Assembly (NCBI RefSeq): GCF_048593235.1
Contig: NC_133622.1
Coordinates: 246,950,055 to 247,014,054, forward strand
DNA from: Sminthopsis crassicaudata
Lineage: Eukaryota
Direction of reading: 5' to 3'
DNA: 64,000 nucleotides
Below the pieces are notes generated by a model that saw nothing but the letters and a program-made list of their open reading frames with translations, was not told the DNA's origin and did not search any database. Within the stretch, counting starts at the first letter, position 1, and each line of letters begins with the position of its first letter. A program made the position numbers and the translations under genes. Of the stretch, positions 25,501 to 35,600 are shown one piece after another.

Positions 25501-28500
25501 GCGTCCACCTATGATAGATGCCACACCTTATAGCTCATTTGACCGAACTTCATCTGTGAAATCTCCACCTCCCTCAATGCCAGCTACACGAAGAACTACA
25601 CCAGAAATCCCAGAAAATTTTCCTCCATCCCATTTTGGTTCAGTGCGCCAATCTATAGTACCTGCCACACCTTTTGGCTCAGTTGATCGAACTGTGAAAT
25701 CTCCACCTCCCTCGGTCCCAGCTACACGAAGGACTACACCAGAACCCACAGAAAGTCTATCACCATCCCATTTTGGTTCAATGCGTCAATCTATGGTACC
25801 TGCCACACCTTTTGGCTCACTTGATCGAACTGTGAAATCTCCACCTCCCTCAGTCCTGGCTACACGAAGGACTACACCAGAACCCACAGAAAGTCTATTG
25901 CCATCCCATTATGGTTCAGTGCGTCAATCTATGATAGCTGCCATGCCTTTTGGTTCACTTGATGTGACTACATCTGTGAAATCTCCACCTTCCTCGATCC
26001 CAGGTACACGTAGGGCTACACCAGACATTCCAGAAAATCAAGCCATGGAAGATGCCGCATATGCAGACATTCTAGCTCTGACTAAATCTGTTCAATTTCC
26101 TTCTATCTCAGGCACGCCTATGCCAACAGAAGTCCCAGAAAATCAGCCTATGGAAGATACCATCCCTGCAAGCCTACTTGCGCTGACCAAGGGTATCCAG
26201 TTTCCTTCTATATCAAGCAGAGGTGCATCAGCCGAAATCCCAGAGAGTCTTCCACCATCCCATTATAGTTCAATGCGTCCACCTATGATAGATGCCACAC
26301 CTTATAGCTCATTTGACCGAACTTCATCTGTGAAATCTCCACCTCCCTCAGTCCCAGCTACACGAAGGGCTACACCAGAACCCACAGAAAGTCTATCGCC
26401 ATCCCATTATGGTTCAATGCGTCCACCTATGATAGATGCCACACCTTATAGCTCATTTGACCGAACTTCATCTGTGAAATCTCCACCTTCCTCAGTCCCG
26501 GCTACACGAAGGGCTACACCAGAACCCACAGAAAGTCTATCGCCATCCCATTATGGTTCAATGCGTCCACCTATGATAGATGCCACACCTTATAGCTCAT
26601 TTGACCGAACTTCATCTGTGAAATCTCCACTTTCCTCTGTCCCGGCTTCACGAAGAATCACACCAGAAGTCACAGAAAATTTTCCTCCATCCCATTTTGG
26701 TTCAGTGCGTCAATCTATGATAGCTGCCACACCTTATACCTCATTTGACCGAACTTCATCTGTGAAATCTCCACCTCCCTCACTCCCAGCTACACGAAGG
26801 ACTACACCAGAACCCACAGAAAGTCTATCACCATCCCATTATGGTTCAGTGCGTCAATCTATGATAGCTGCCACACCTTTTGGCTCACTTGACCTAACTA
26901 CATCTGTGAAATCTCCACCTTCCTCGGTCCCAGGTACACGTAGGGCTACACCAGACATTCCAGAAAATCAAGCCATGGAAGATGCTGCATATGCAGACCT
27001 TCTTGCACTGACTAAATCTGTTCAATTTCCTTCTATCTCCGGCATGGCTATGCCAACAGATATCCCAGAAAATCAGCTGATGGAAGACACCACAGGCATA
27101 CTTACCCTGAGCAAGGGTATACAATTTCCTTCTTTATCAAGCAGAGGTGCATCAGCCGAAATCCCAGAAAATCTTCCACCATCCAATTTCAGTTCAGTGC
27201 GTCAATCTATGGTAGATGCCACACCTTATGGCTTATTTAACCTGATTACATCTGTGAACCCTCCATCTCCCTCTGTCCCAGCTACACGAAGACCTACAGC
27301 AGCAGTCTCAGAAATTCCACCATCCCATTATGGTTCAGTGCGTCAAACTATGATAGATGCCACACCTTTTGGTCCAGTTGACCTATCTAGATCTGTGAAA
27401 TCTCCACTTTCCTCTGTCCCAGCTACCCGAAGGACTACACCAGAAGTTACAGAAAACCTACCATCCCATTTTAGTTCATTGCGTCAACCTATGGCAGATA
27501 CCACACATTTTGGTCCAGTTGACCTAATAATAGCAGTGCAATCTCCGTCTTCCTCTGTCCTACCTACACAAGGTATAGCAACTGAAGTCCCAGAAAATCA
27601 ATTCATGGAAGATACCATACTTTCAGGCCCCCATGCATTAACCAAATCTATTCAATTTCCTTTCATCTCAGGCCCAGCCACACCAATAGAAGTCTCAGAA
27701 AATCAATCCACTGAAGATGCCACAATTTCAGGCCCTCTTGTACGGTCCAAATCTGTGCAATTTCCTTCTATCTCAGGCACGGCTACACCTACAGAAGTCC
27801 CAGAAAATCTTCTATCCAATTTCAGTTCAATACCACAATCTATGGATGATACCACACCTTTTGACTTATTTAACGTGACTTCATCTGTGCAATCTCCACG
27901 TTCCTCTGCCCCAGTTCCACGAAGATCTACACCAACAGAATTCAGAGAAAATCGTCCTCTATCCAGTTTCGGTTTGTTGACTCATTCCACTGAAATTGCT
28001 CCACCTTTACGCTTTACCTTATCTATGCAATCTCTAATTTCCTCTGTCCCAACTACACCAAGGGTAATCACAGAAAACTCTCATCCATCCAATTTAAGTT
28101 CATTGACTCATTCCACTGAAATTGCTATACCTTTACACTTAATTGACCTGACCACACCTGTATTCATAGAAGCAGTACCTTTCACATCTACACAATCTCT
28201 ATTTACTTCTGCCCCAAGTGTTCCAAGAGAAATCTTGGAAGATCCTCATTTATCCATTTTAAACACATCATTTCAATCTACTGAAATTGCCACACCTTTT
28301 GGCTTACTTGACCTTGTCTCATTTTCACAATCTCCCCATTCTTCTGTCCTGACAACACTAACAGAGGTCTCAAAAAGTCCTCCTTTATCCAATTTAAGTC
28401 CATTGATTCAATCTACTGAAGGTACCATACATTCAAGCCCAAGTTTGCTGACCAAATCTGTGCAATTTCCTTCTCTCTCAGACACAGTTAACTCAACAGA

Positions 28501-31500
28501 AGTCCCAGGTAATCATCTTCCATCCAAATCCAATTCAATGACTCAATCTATGGAAGATGCCACATCTTTAGGCCCATTTTCACTGACCAAAGTTATACAG
28601 TTTCCTTCTATCTCAGGCTCAGTTACCTCAACAGAAGTCCCAGGAAATCCTCTTCCATCCAATTTCAGTTCAATGACTCAATCTATAGAAGACGCCACAC
28701 CTCCAAGCCCAAGTTTGCTGACCAAATTTGTGCAATTTCCTTCTATCTCAGGCCCGGCTACCTCAACAGACATCTCAGGAAACCCTCCTCCATCCAATTT
28801 CAATCCAATGACTCAATCTGTGGAAGATGCCCCACCTTCAGGTCCACGTTTGCTGACCAAATCTGTGCAATTTCCTTCTGTCTCAGGCTTGGCTGCCTCA
28901 ACAGAAGATTCAGGAAATCCTCCTCCATCCAATGTAAGTTTAATGACTCAATCTATGGAAGATGCCACACCTCCAAGCCCAAGTTTGCTGACCAAATCTG
29001 TGCAATTTCCTTCTATCTCAGGCCCGGCTATCTCAACAGAAGTCTCAGGAAATCCTCCTCCATCCAATTTAAGTTCAATGACTCAATATATGGAAGATGC
29101 CACACCTTCAAGCCCACATTTGCTGACCAAATCTGTGCAATTTCCTTCTATCTCAGGCCCAGCCATCTCAAGAGAAGTCTCAGGAAATCCTCTTCCATCC
29201 AATTTAAGTTCGATGATTAAATCCATGGAAGAAGAGAGACCTTCAGGCCTACTTGCCCTGAACGAATCTGTGCAACTTCCCTCTTTCTCAGGGCCAAGTA
29301 AATCAAATAAAATCATACAGATTCTCCCTTTCTCTTCCAAATCAAATTCACTCACAAACAAATCTGTGCATTTTCCCTCTTTTTCAGGTCCAAGTGCACC
29401 AATAGCTGAAGTTCCCTCTTTCTCTGCACTGAGCTCATCAAAGGAATCCACAAAACTTCTAATATCTGCAAGTAAATCTATACAATTCCATTCTTTCTCA
29501 GATTCTGTTCCAGCAAGTAAATTTATAAGTCCCTTTCCCCCTGACTCAAGTTCATCAAGGGAACCCATAGATGTTCCTTCTTTGGGATCTATTGCAATAA
29601 GCAAATCTTTGCAAGTATCTTTCTTGATTTCAAGTTTAGTCAAAGAATACACAGAGAGTCCATCTTTGCTAAGATTAAATTCAGGGTCAAAAATAAAAAA
29701 GGATCATCCTCCCTCTTTTCCAATTTTATCAAAAGAATCCATAGGAGCTCATTTTTCATATAACCTAATTTCAGAAAACAAAGGCATGCAGGTTCCTCGT
29801 GTTGAGATTTTTTTTTCAAATAAAGCTATCCAAATTCCCTCTATATGTGAAATACATTTAGTGAATGACTTTGCAGAAGTTCTGTGTGCATTCAGCTCAA
29901 GTCAATCAGGAAAATTTATACAATATCCCATTGCAGCTAGAATACTTTTAGAAAGCAAATCAGTGCAAGTTCCTTTTTCTGCTGCTATATTTTCTAAAAG
30001 TAAATCTATAAAATTTTCTTCTTCCTCTAGCGGAATTTCAATGACACAATCCACACAATGTCTTTCATTTTTTGACTCAACATCAAGTGAATGCATGGAA
30101 GTTCAATCTTTCTCAGTTCCACTTTCATCAAACAAATCCATACAAATTCTTTATTTCTCTGAGTCAAAATCATCAAAAGAAGACATACACTTTCTCTCAA
30201 CCTACCATACTACTGCTGTGAACAAACTGATGCAAGTATGTTTCTTTTCTGATATAGGTCCATCATCTCCACACAAAGCAGTTATAGCTTTGCCAGGTCC
30301 ACTTTTATCAAGAGAATCTAAGTTCCCCTTGGATTTTGTTGCTATTTTAAGCATAAAGCTTATTCGATTTCCTTCATTTTCTGATCAAAGTTCATCAGAC
30401 ACATATACACAGGAACTCCCATCTTTTCAAGTTGCAGTTTCATCACAAGAATATAGAAACGTTTGTACTTTCTCTGAAACTAATTCGCCAACAGAAGCTG
30501 CTACAGTTCCCTCTACTTATGGTGGCCTTATATTTGCCAAGTCTACACAAGTTTCTTTTATTTTTGTCTTAAGTTCATCAATAGTAATACCAGAAAAATT
30601 TATATCCTTCCCAGATCCACTTTTATCAAAGGAATCAATAGAACACAACTTCAATTTTATTATTAACTCACTTAGTAAACACACACATATTCCTGATATA
30701 TATTACCCAAGTTCATTAAATGTAAGCACAGAAGTTTCATCTTTCTTGCTTCCATTTTATCCAACAGAATCCAGGCAATTTTCTGATTCCTCTGACTCAA
30801 GCTGGCTGAGAAAAGTTAAAAAAATGTACTCTATCAATGGACCTATTTCAGTGAGAGAATGCACACAAATTTTTCACTCTTCTGATAAAAGTTTATCAAC
30901 AGAACCTTTACAATTACTGAGAGAAGATATAAATTTGCCTTCTAGTCATAGATCTATTTCAGTGAGACAATTCACACAAAGTTCTCATTCTTCTGATAAA
31001 TGTTTGCCAACAGAAAATTTACAGGTTCTTTCCATCGACTTTGATGTCAGAGTGAGCAACTTGACACAACTTTCTTCTCTGTTTGATGCAAATTCATCAA
31101 ATGAATGTATAAAAGAGGTTATATCTTTTCCAGTGCCACTTAAATTGAGAGAATCCAACCCAAATCTCTTGAACCTTGGTGTTAGTTCAGGCAGCAAGCT
31201 CAAACAAATTCCTTTTATCTTTGATCCAAGTTCATTACATAAGAACACATCTTTATCTTTCTTATTACCATTTTATCCAATAGAATCCAGGAAATTTTCT
31301 GATTTCTCTGTGATAAGTCTACTAAGAGAAAACATGCAAATTCCTTCTATCCTTGGAGCTATTTCAGTGAACAAATGCACAGTATTTTCTCACTCTTTTG
31401 ATAAATGTTTGCCAACAGAAACTTTACAAGTTCCCTCTACCCTCCTTGTTATCACAGTGAGCAAATCAATACTACAATCCTCCTTATCTGGAACAAGTTC

Positions 31501-32581
31501 ATCAACTGTATATCTAGAAAAAGTTGTTTGTTTGGCATGTTCTCTTTCACCAAGAGAATCCTTCCAAAATCCCTCAAATCTCGATGTGACTTCAGTCAGC
31601 AAGCTCACGAAATTTCCTCCTTTCTCTCACCCAAGTTCAATGAATGCCAAAACAGAAATTACATTTTTCTTGCTTCCATTTTGTCCAAAAGAATCCAAGC
31701 ACTTTTCTGATTTCTCTGACACAATGCTACCAAGACAAAAAGTACAAATTCCCTCTATACTTGGATCTCTTTCAATGAGTAAATGCACACAATTTTCTCA
31801 TACCTCTGATAAAAGCTTACCAACAGGAACTTTACAACTTTCCTCTACCCACCTTGCTGTCACAGTGAACAAATTAATGCAACATACTTTATTCTTTGAT
31901 GAAAGTTCATTAGCTGTAAGCATAGAAGAAGTTATACCTTTCCCATCCTTTCCAAAATCAAAGGAATCAATACAACATCCCTCAAACTTTGTTGATATTT
32001 TAGTCAGTAAGTCTGTTCAATTTTCTTCTTCCTCTGTTCTAAGTTCATTGAATATAAACATAAAAGAAGTTTCATCTTTCTTGCTTCTACTTTGTCCAAA
32101 AGAATCCAGAAAGTGTTTTGATTTCTTAAATATGAGTTTCTCTAGAGAAAATAGGCAAATTCTATCTATTCTTGGACTTATAACAGTAAGCAAAGACACA
32201 CAATTTTCTCTCTACTGTGAGAAAACTTTACCAACAGAAACTTTAAAAGGTCCCTCTATCAATCCTGCTATCACAGAAAGCAAGCCAATACAACCTACCT
32301 ACTTCTCTGATATGTCTTTCCTGGATTCACTAAAATCAAAGGAATCTATCCAACATCTCTCAAAACTCAGTAGTATTTCAGTTAACAAGTCCACCCAAAT
32401 TTCTTTTTTCTTTGTCCCAAGTTCATTGAATGTAAACACAGAAGAAGTTCCATCCTTCTTGCTTCCATTTTGTCAAACAGAATCCAAGCACTTTTCTGAT
32501 TTCTCTGACACAAGTTTACCAAAAGACGACACACAGAGGCTTTCTATCCTTGCACCTATTTCAGTGAGCAAAACCACATAA
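22580..32581 (+). CDS. MS4A14: MS4A14-like giant exon 6: 3,333-aa Ser/Thr/Pro-rich repetitive C-terminal tail
   Basis: Acceptor gctttatag|AAT in phase 0; open for 10,002 nt. The opening ENQLQIQIE...SLIKGYTFFKLRALGSP matches the start of the human MS4A14 last exon as I recall it (NDQLQFVLQE...SVIFGGYAFFKLTLSRSP). Confidence 0.9.
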   Translation, partial: NVYFRSSEVKEPKQTENVENQLQIQIEKNPSDKNEEKKSVSLIKGYTFFKLRALGSPVTRPPPCTTTPPPPPPPPPPPPPPPPPSPKVPEEKLQKQRCPTPASPSESLQISYFSDPGSSSALTQGSSFLEPCSIDKSVQVSSYSDLSSGGELTEFPPSSSTSSVSESTKCLSTSSSDDANICPKQPSVSISVQFPSVSCTTSREFVGTKRSSIRFGTKSVQCPPISGTTSPTETENEDILTKCLQFPNVSYTISSTDALDTSDHFKLTKSVQFPSVSCTNTAIECIDASDSALTKSVQFPSLSCIATTTDDSAFLSRTKSVQCPSESGMLTAKDTKLTKAMQFPSNSCMVTTEDSTPSGLLVQSKSIQFPPFSSRTTSPDITDAAPSCQLVLSKSVQFPSTSGTIIPPESLPPSHFSSLRQTIDTTPFSTCDRSSTLKSPPLSLPATRRTTPEATESVPPSHFSSMRQSVLDTTPYGSLDLTTSVISPPPSGPATRRTTPEVPESLPPSHFSSMRQTMIDTTPYGSLDLTTSVKSPPPSEPATRRATPEITESIPPTHFGSVRQSMIAATPYTSFDRTSSVKSPPPSVPATRRTTPEPIESLPPSHFSSMRQSMVPATPFGSIDRTTSLKSPPLSVPATRRTTPEPTESLPPSHYGSVRQSMIAAMPFGSLDVTTSVKSPPSSVPGTRRATPEIPENQVMEDSSFPGLLALTKSIQFPSISGMAMLTEVPENQSLEDTTGLLELNKAIQFPSLSSRGTLSEAPESLPPSHFSSMRPPMIDVTPYGSLDLTLKSPLSSVPPTRRITPEESLPPSHFGSVRQSMVPATPFGSLDRTVKSPPPSVPSTRRATPEATDFGSVRQSMIAATPFGSLDLTTSVKSPPSSVPGTRRATPDIPENQAMEDAAYADILALTKSVQFPSISGMPTEGPENQPVEDTTPAGVLALTKGIQFPSISSRGASAEIPESLPPSHYSSMRPPMIDATPYSSFDRTSSVKSPPPSMPATRRTTPEIPENFPPSHFGSVRQSIVPATPFGSVDRTVKSPPPSVPATRRTTPEPTESLSPSHFGSMRQSMVPATPFGSLDRTVKSPPPSVLATRRTTPEPTESLLPSHYGSVRQSMIAAMPFGSLDVTTSVKSPPSSIPGTRRATPDIPENQAMEDAAYADILALTKSVQFPSISGTPMPTEVPENQPMEDTIPASLLALTKGIQFPSISSRGASAEIPESLPPSHYSSMRPPMIDATPYSSFDRTSSVKSPPPSVPATRRATPEPTESLSPSHYGSMRPPMIDATPYSSFDRTSSVKSPPSSVPATRRATPEPTESLSPSHYGSMRPPMIDATPYSSFDRTSSVKSPLSSVPASRRITPEVTENFPPSHFGSVRQSMIAATPYTSFDRTSSVKSPPPSLPATRRTTPEPTESLSPSHYGSVRQSMIAATPFGSLDLTTSVKSPPSSVPGTRRATPDIPENQAMEDAAYADLLALTKSVQFPSISGMAMPTDIPENQLMEDTTGILTLSKGIQFPSLSSRGASAEIPENLPPSNFSSVRQSMVDATPYGLFNLITSVNPPSPSVPATRRPTAAVSEIPPSHYGSVRQTMIDATPFGPVDLSRSVKSPLSSVPATRRTTPEVTENLPSHFSSLRQPMADTTHFGPVDLIIAVQSPSSSVLPTQGIATEVPENQFMEDTILSGPHALTKSIQFPFISGPATPIEVSENQSTEDATISGPLVRSKSVQFPSISGTATPTEVPENLLSNFSSIPQSMDDTTPFDLFNVTSSVQSPRSSAPVPRRSTPTEFRENRPLSSFGLLTHSTEIAPPLRFTLSMQSLISSVPTTPRVITENSHPSNLSSLTHSTEIAIPLHLIDLTTPVFIEAVPFTSTQSLFTSAPSVPREILEDPHLSILNTSFQSTEIATPFGLLDLVSFSQSPHSSVLTTLTEVSKSPPLSNLSPLIQSTEGTIHSSPSLLTKSVQFPSLSDTVNSTEVPGNHLPSKSNSMTQSMEDATSLGPFSLTKVIQFPSISGSVTSTEVPGNPLPSNFSSMTQSIEDATPPSPSLLTKFVQFPSISGPATSTDISGNPPPSNFNPMTQSVEDAPPSGPRLLTKSVQFPSVSGLAASTEDSGNPPPSNVSLMTQSMEDATPPSPSLLTKSVQFPSISGPAISTEVSGNPPPSNLSSMTQYMEDATPSSPHLLTKSVQFPSISGPAISREVSGNPLPSNLSSMIKSMEEERPSGLLALNESVQLPSFSGPSKSNKIIQILPFSSKSNSLTNKSVHFPSFSGPSAPIAEVPSFSALSSSKESTKLLISASKSIQFHSFSDSVPASKFISPFPPDSSSSREPIDVPSLGSIAISKSLQVSFLISSLVKEYTESPSLLRLNSGSKIKKDHPPSFPILSKESIGAHFSYNLISENKGMQVPRVEIFFSNKAIQIPSICEIHLVNDFAEVLCAFSSSQSGKFIQYPIAARILLESKSVQVPFSAAIFSKSKSIKFSSSSSGISMTQSTQCLSFFDSTSSECMEVQSFSVPLSSNKSIQILYFSESKSSKEDIHFLSTYHTTAVNKLMQVCFFSDIGPSSPHKAVIALPGPLLSRESKFPLDFVAILSIKLIRFPSFSDQSSSDTYTQELPSFQVAVSSQEYRNVCTFSETNSPTEAATVPSTYGGLIFAKSTQVSFIFVLSSSIVIPEKFISFPDPLLSKESIEHNFNFIINSLSKHTHIPDIYYPSSLNVSTEVSSFLLPFYPTESRQFSDSSDSSWLRKVKKMYSINGPISVRECTQIFHSSDKSLSTEPLQLLREDINLPSSHRSISVRQFTQSSHSSDKCLPTENLQVLSIDFDVRVSNLTQLSSLFDANSSNECIKEVISFPVPLKLRESNPNLLNLGVSSGSKLKQIPFIFDPSSLHKNTSLSFLLPFYPIESRKFSDFSVISLLRENMQIPSILGAISVNKCTVFSHSFDKCLPTETLQVPSTLLVITVSKSILQSSLSGTSSSTVYLEKVVCLACSLSPRESFQNPSNLDVTSVSKLTKFPPFSHPSSMNAKTEITFFLLPFCPKESKHFSDFSDTMLPRQKVQIPSILGSLSMSKCTQFSHTSDKSLPTGTLQLSSTHLAVTVNKLMQHTLFFDESSLAVSIEEVIPFPSFPKSKESIQHPSNFVDILVSKSVQFSSSSVLSSLNINIKEVSSFLLLLCPKESRKCFDFLNMSFSRENRQILSILGLITVSKDTQFSLYCEKTLPTETLKGPSINPAITESKPIQPTYFSDMSFLDSLKSKESIQHLSKLSSISVNKSTQISFFFVPSSLNVNTEEVPSFLLPFCQTESKHFSDFSDTSLPKDDTQRLSILAPISVSKTT
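22781..22831 (+). repeat. Polyproline tract (17 Pro)
   Basis: Seventeen consecutive CCT/CCC/CCA codons. Confidence 0.95.
23809..27900 (+). repeat. Coding tandem array: ~21 units of 144/138 nt (48/46 aa) interleaved with pairs of ~35-aa KSVQF modules
   Basis: Unit ESLPPSHF(S/G)S(M/V)RQSM(I/V)xATP(Y/F)GSxDxTxSVKSPPxSVPATRRxTPE; e.g. starts at 23946, 24090 and 24234 (144-nt period). Confidence 0.95.
28440..29290 (+). repeat. Coding tandem array of 135-nt (45-aa) units, 6-7 copies
   Basis: ctgaccaaa recurs at 28448, 28583, 28718, 28853, 28988 and 29123. Confidence 0.95.
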
Positions 32582-32611
32582 TTTACTCACTCATCTTGTT
32601 AAACTTTTTAA

Positions 32612-35600
32612 AAGTTTAACAACGGAAATTTTACAAGTTCTTTCCACCCACCTTGCTGTCACAAAGAGCACATCTACTTTGTTGACGTAAGTTCAGCAAC
32701 TATAAATACAGAAGAAGCTATGTCTTTCTCAGGCCAACATAAATCACAGAAATCTATCCAAGATCATGCAAGCCTTGGTATTCTTTCAGTGAATAAGTCC
32801 ACCCAAGTTTCTTCTTCCTCTGTCCCAAGTTCATTGAATGAGAGCACAAAAGAAATTTTAAATTTCTTATTTCCATTTTGTCCAACAGAATCCAGGCAAT
32901 TTTCTGATAGCTCTGATACTTGCCTACCAAAAGATGACTCACAAAAACCTCCTAACTTTGGAACTCTTTCAGTGAGCAGCTGCACACAACTTTCTCACTC
33001 CTCTCACAAAAGTTTAACCACAGAAAGTTTACCAGTTTCCTCTGCTGATCTTGCTGTCATACAGAGCAAATGGACACAAACTACTTCCTCATTGGACAAA
33101 AGTCCATCAGGAGTAGACATAAAAGAAAGGATACCTTTCTCAGGTTCATTAAAATCAAGAGAATCCATCCAACATCTCTCAAACCTTGGAGATGATGTAG
33201 TTAACAAGTCCACCCAAGTTTCTTCTTCCTCTTTTCTAAGTTCAGTAAATGTGAACAGAAAAGAAGCTCCATCTGTCTTGCTTCCATTTCATCCAACAGA
33301 ATCCAAGGACCTGTCCAATTTTGACACAGATCTACCAAAAGAAGACACAGAAAGGCTTACTATCCCTGAACCTATTTCAGTGAGCAGCCAAATACAACTC
33401 TCTCAGTCCTCTCATAAGAGTTTAACAGAAATTTTAACAGTTCCCTCTACTGATATTGCTGTTAAAGAGAACAAATGGACACAAATTACTTCCTCATTAG
33501 ATGTAAGTCCATCAGGGGTAGGTATAAAAGAAGCTATGTCTATCTCAGGTTCGCTAAAATCAAAGGAATCCATCCAACATCTCTCAAACCTTAGTCTTGT
33601 TTTACCCAGCAAGTCCACCCAAGTTTCTTCTTCCTCTTTCGTAAGTTCAGTGAATGTGAACATAGAAGAAGCCCCAGAAAGGCTTACTATCCCTAAACCT
33701 AGTTCAGTGAGCAGCCAAATACAACTCTCTCAGTCCTCTCAGAAGAGTTTAACAGAAATTTTACCAGTTCCCTCTATCCATCTTGCTCTCACAGAGAACA
33801 AATGGACACAAATTACTTCCTCATTAGATGTAAGTCCATCAGGGGTAGGTATAAAAGAAACTATGTCTGTCTCAGGTTCACTAAAATCAAAGGAATCCAT
33901 CCAACATCTCTCAAACCTTAGTCTTGTTTTACCCAGCAAGTCCACCCAAGTTTCTTCTTCCTCTTTCGTAAGTTCAGTGAATGTGAACACAGAAGCAGCC
34001 CCAGAAAGGCTTACTATCCCTAAACCTATTTCAGTGAGCAGCCAAATACAACTCTCTCAGTCCTCTCACAAGAGTTTAACAGAGATTTTACCAGTCCCCT
34101 CTATCCATCTTGCTGTCAAAGAGAGCAAATGGACACAAATTACTTCCTCATTAGATGTAAGTCCATCAGGGGTAGGTATAAAAGAAACTATGTCTGTCTC
34201 AGGTTCACTAAAATCAAAGGAATCCATCCAACATCTCTCAAACCTTAGTCTTGTTTTACCCAGCAAGTCCACCCAAGTTTCTTCTTCCTCTTTCGTAAGT
34301 TCAGTGAATGTGAACACAGAAGAAGCCCAAGAAAGGCTTACTATCCCTGAACCTAGTTCAGTGAGCAGCCAAATACAACTCTCTCAGTCCTCCCATAAGA
34401 GTTTAACAGAAATTTTACCAGTTCCCTCTATCCATCTTGCTCTCACAGAGAACAAATGGACACAAACTACTTCCTTATTGGATGTAAGTCCATCAGGGGT
34501 ACATATAAAAGAAGCGCTGTCTGTCTCAGGTTCACTAAAATCTAAGGAATCCATCCAACATCTCTCAAACCTTAGTCTTGTTTTAGTCAGCAAGTCCACC
34601 CAAGTTTCTTCTTCCTCTTTCGTAAGTTCAGTGAATGTGAACACAGAAGACCAAGAAAGTCTTACTATCCCTGAACCTATTTCAGTAAGCAGCCAAATGC
34701 AACTTTCTCAGTCCCCTCATAAGAGTTTAACAGAAATTTTACCAGTTTCCTCTACTGATATTGCTGTGTCACAGAGCAAATGGACACAAACTACTTCCTT
34801 ATTAGATGTAAGTTCATCAGGGGTAGGCATAAAAGAAGCTACCTCTTTTACATCTGTTACGTCTGTCTCAGGTTCACTAAAATCAAAAGAATCCATCGAA
34901 CATCTCTCAAACCTTAGTCTTGTTTTAGTCAGCAAGTCCACCCAAGTTTCTTCTTCCTCTTTCGTAAGTTCAGTGAATGTGAGCACAGAAGAAGCCCAAG
35001 AAAGACTTACTATCTCTGAACCTATTTCAGTGAGCAGCCAAATACAACTTTCTCACTCCTCTCACAAGAGTTTAACAGAGATTTTACCAGTCAGAGAGAG
35101 CAAATGGACACAAACTACTTCCTTATTGGATGTAAGGCCATCAGAGGTAGGTATAAAAGAAGCTATGTCTGATTCAGTTTCACTAAAATCAAAGGAATCT
35201 ATCCAATCTCTCTCAAACCATAGTCTTGTTTTACTCAGCAAGTCCACCCAAGTTTCTTCTTCCTCTTTCGTAAGTTCAGTGAATGTGAACACAGAAGCAG
35301 CTCCATCTGTTTTGCTTCCATTTCATCCAAAAGAATCCAGGCAGCTGTCTGGCTTTGAAACAGGTCTACCAAAAGAAGAAATACAAAAGCCTACTATCCC
35401 TGAACCTATTTCAGTGAGTAGTCAAATACAACTTTCTCAGTCCTCTCATAAAAGTTTAACAGAAGAAATTTTACCAGTTCCCTCTACCCATCTTGCTATC
35501 ACAGAGAGGAAAATGACACAATCCACTTCCTCATTGGATATAAGTCCATCAGGGGTAGGCATAAAAGAAGCTCTATCTGTCTCAGGTTCACTAAAATCAA

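Noticed and set aside
32579-32690. A single sequencing error or simple stop-codon readthrough joining the two giant ORFs
   Set aside because: Three in-frame stops plus an insertion and a compensating deletion within ~110 bp cannot be explained by one error or one readthrough event. Splicing or true truncation is more plausible.
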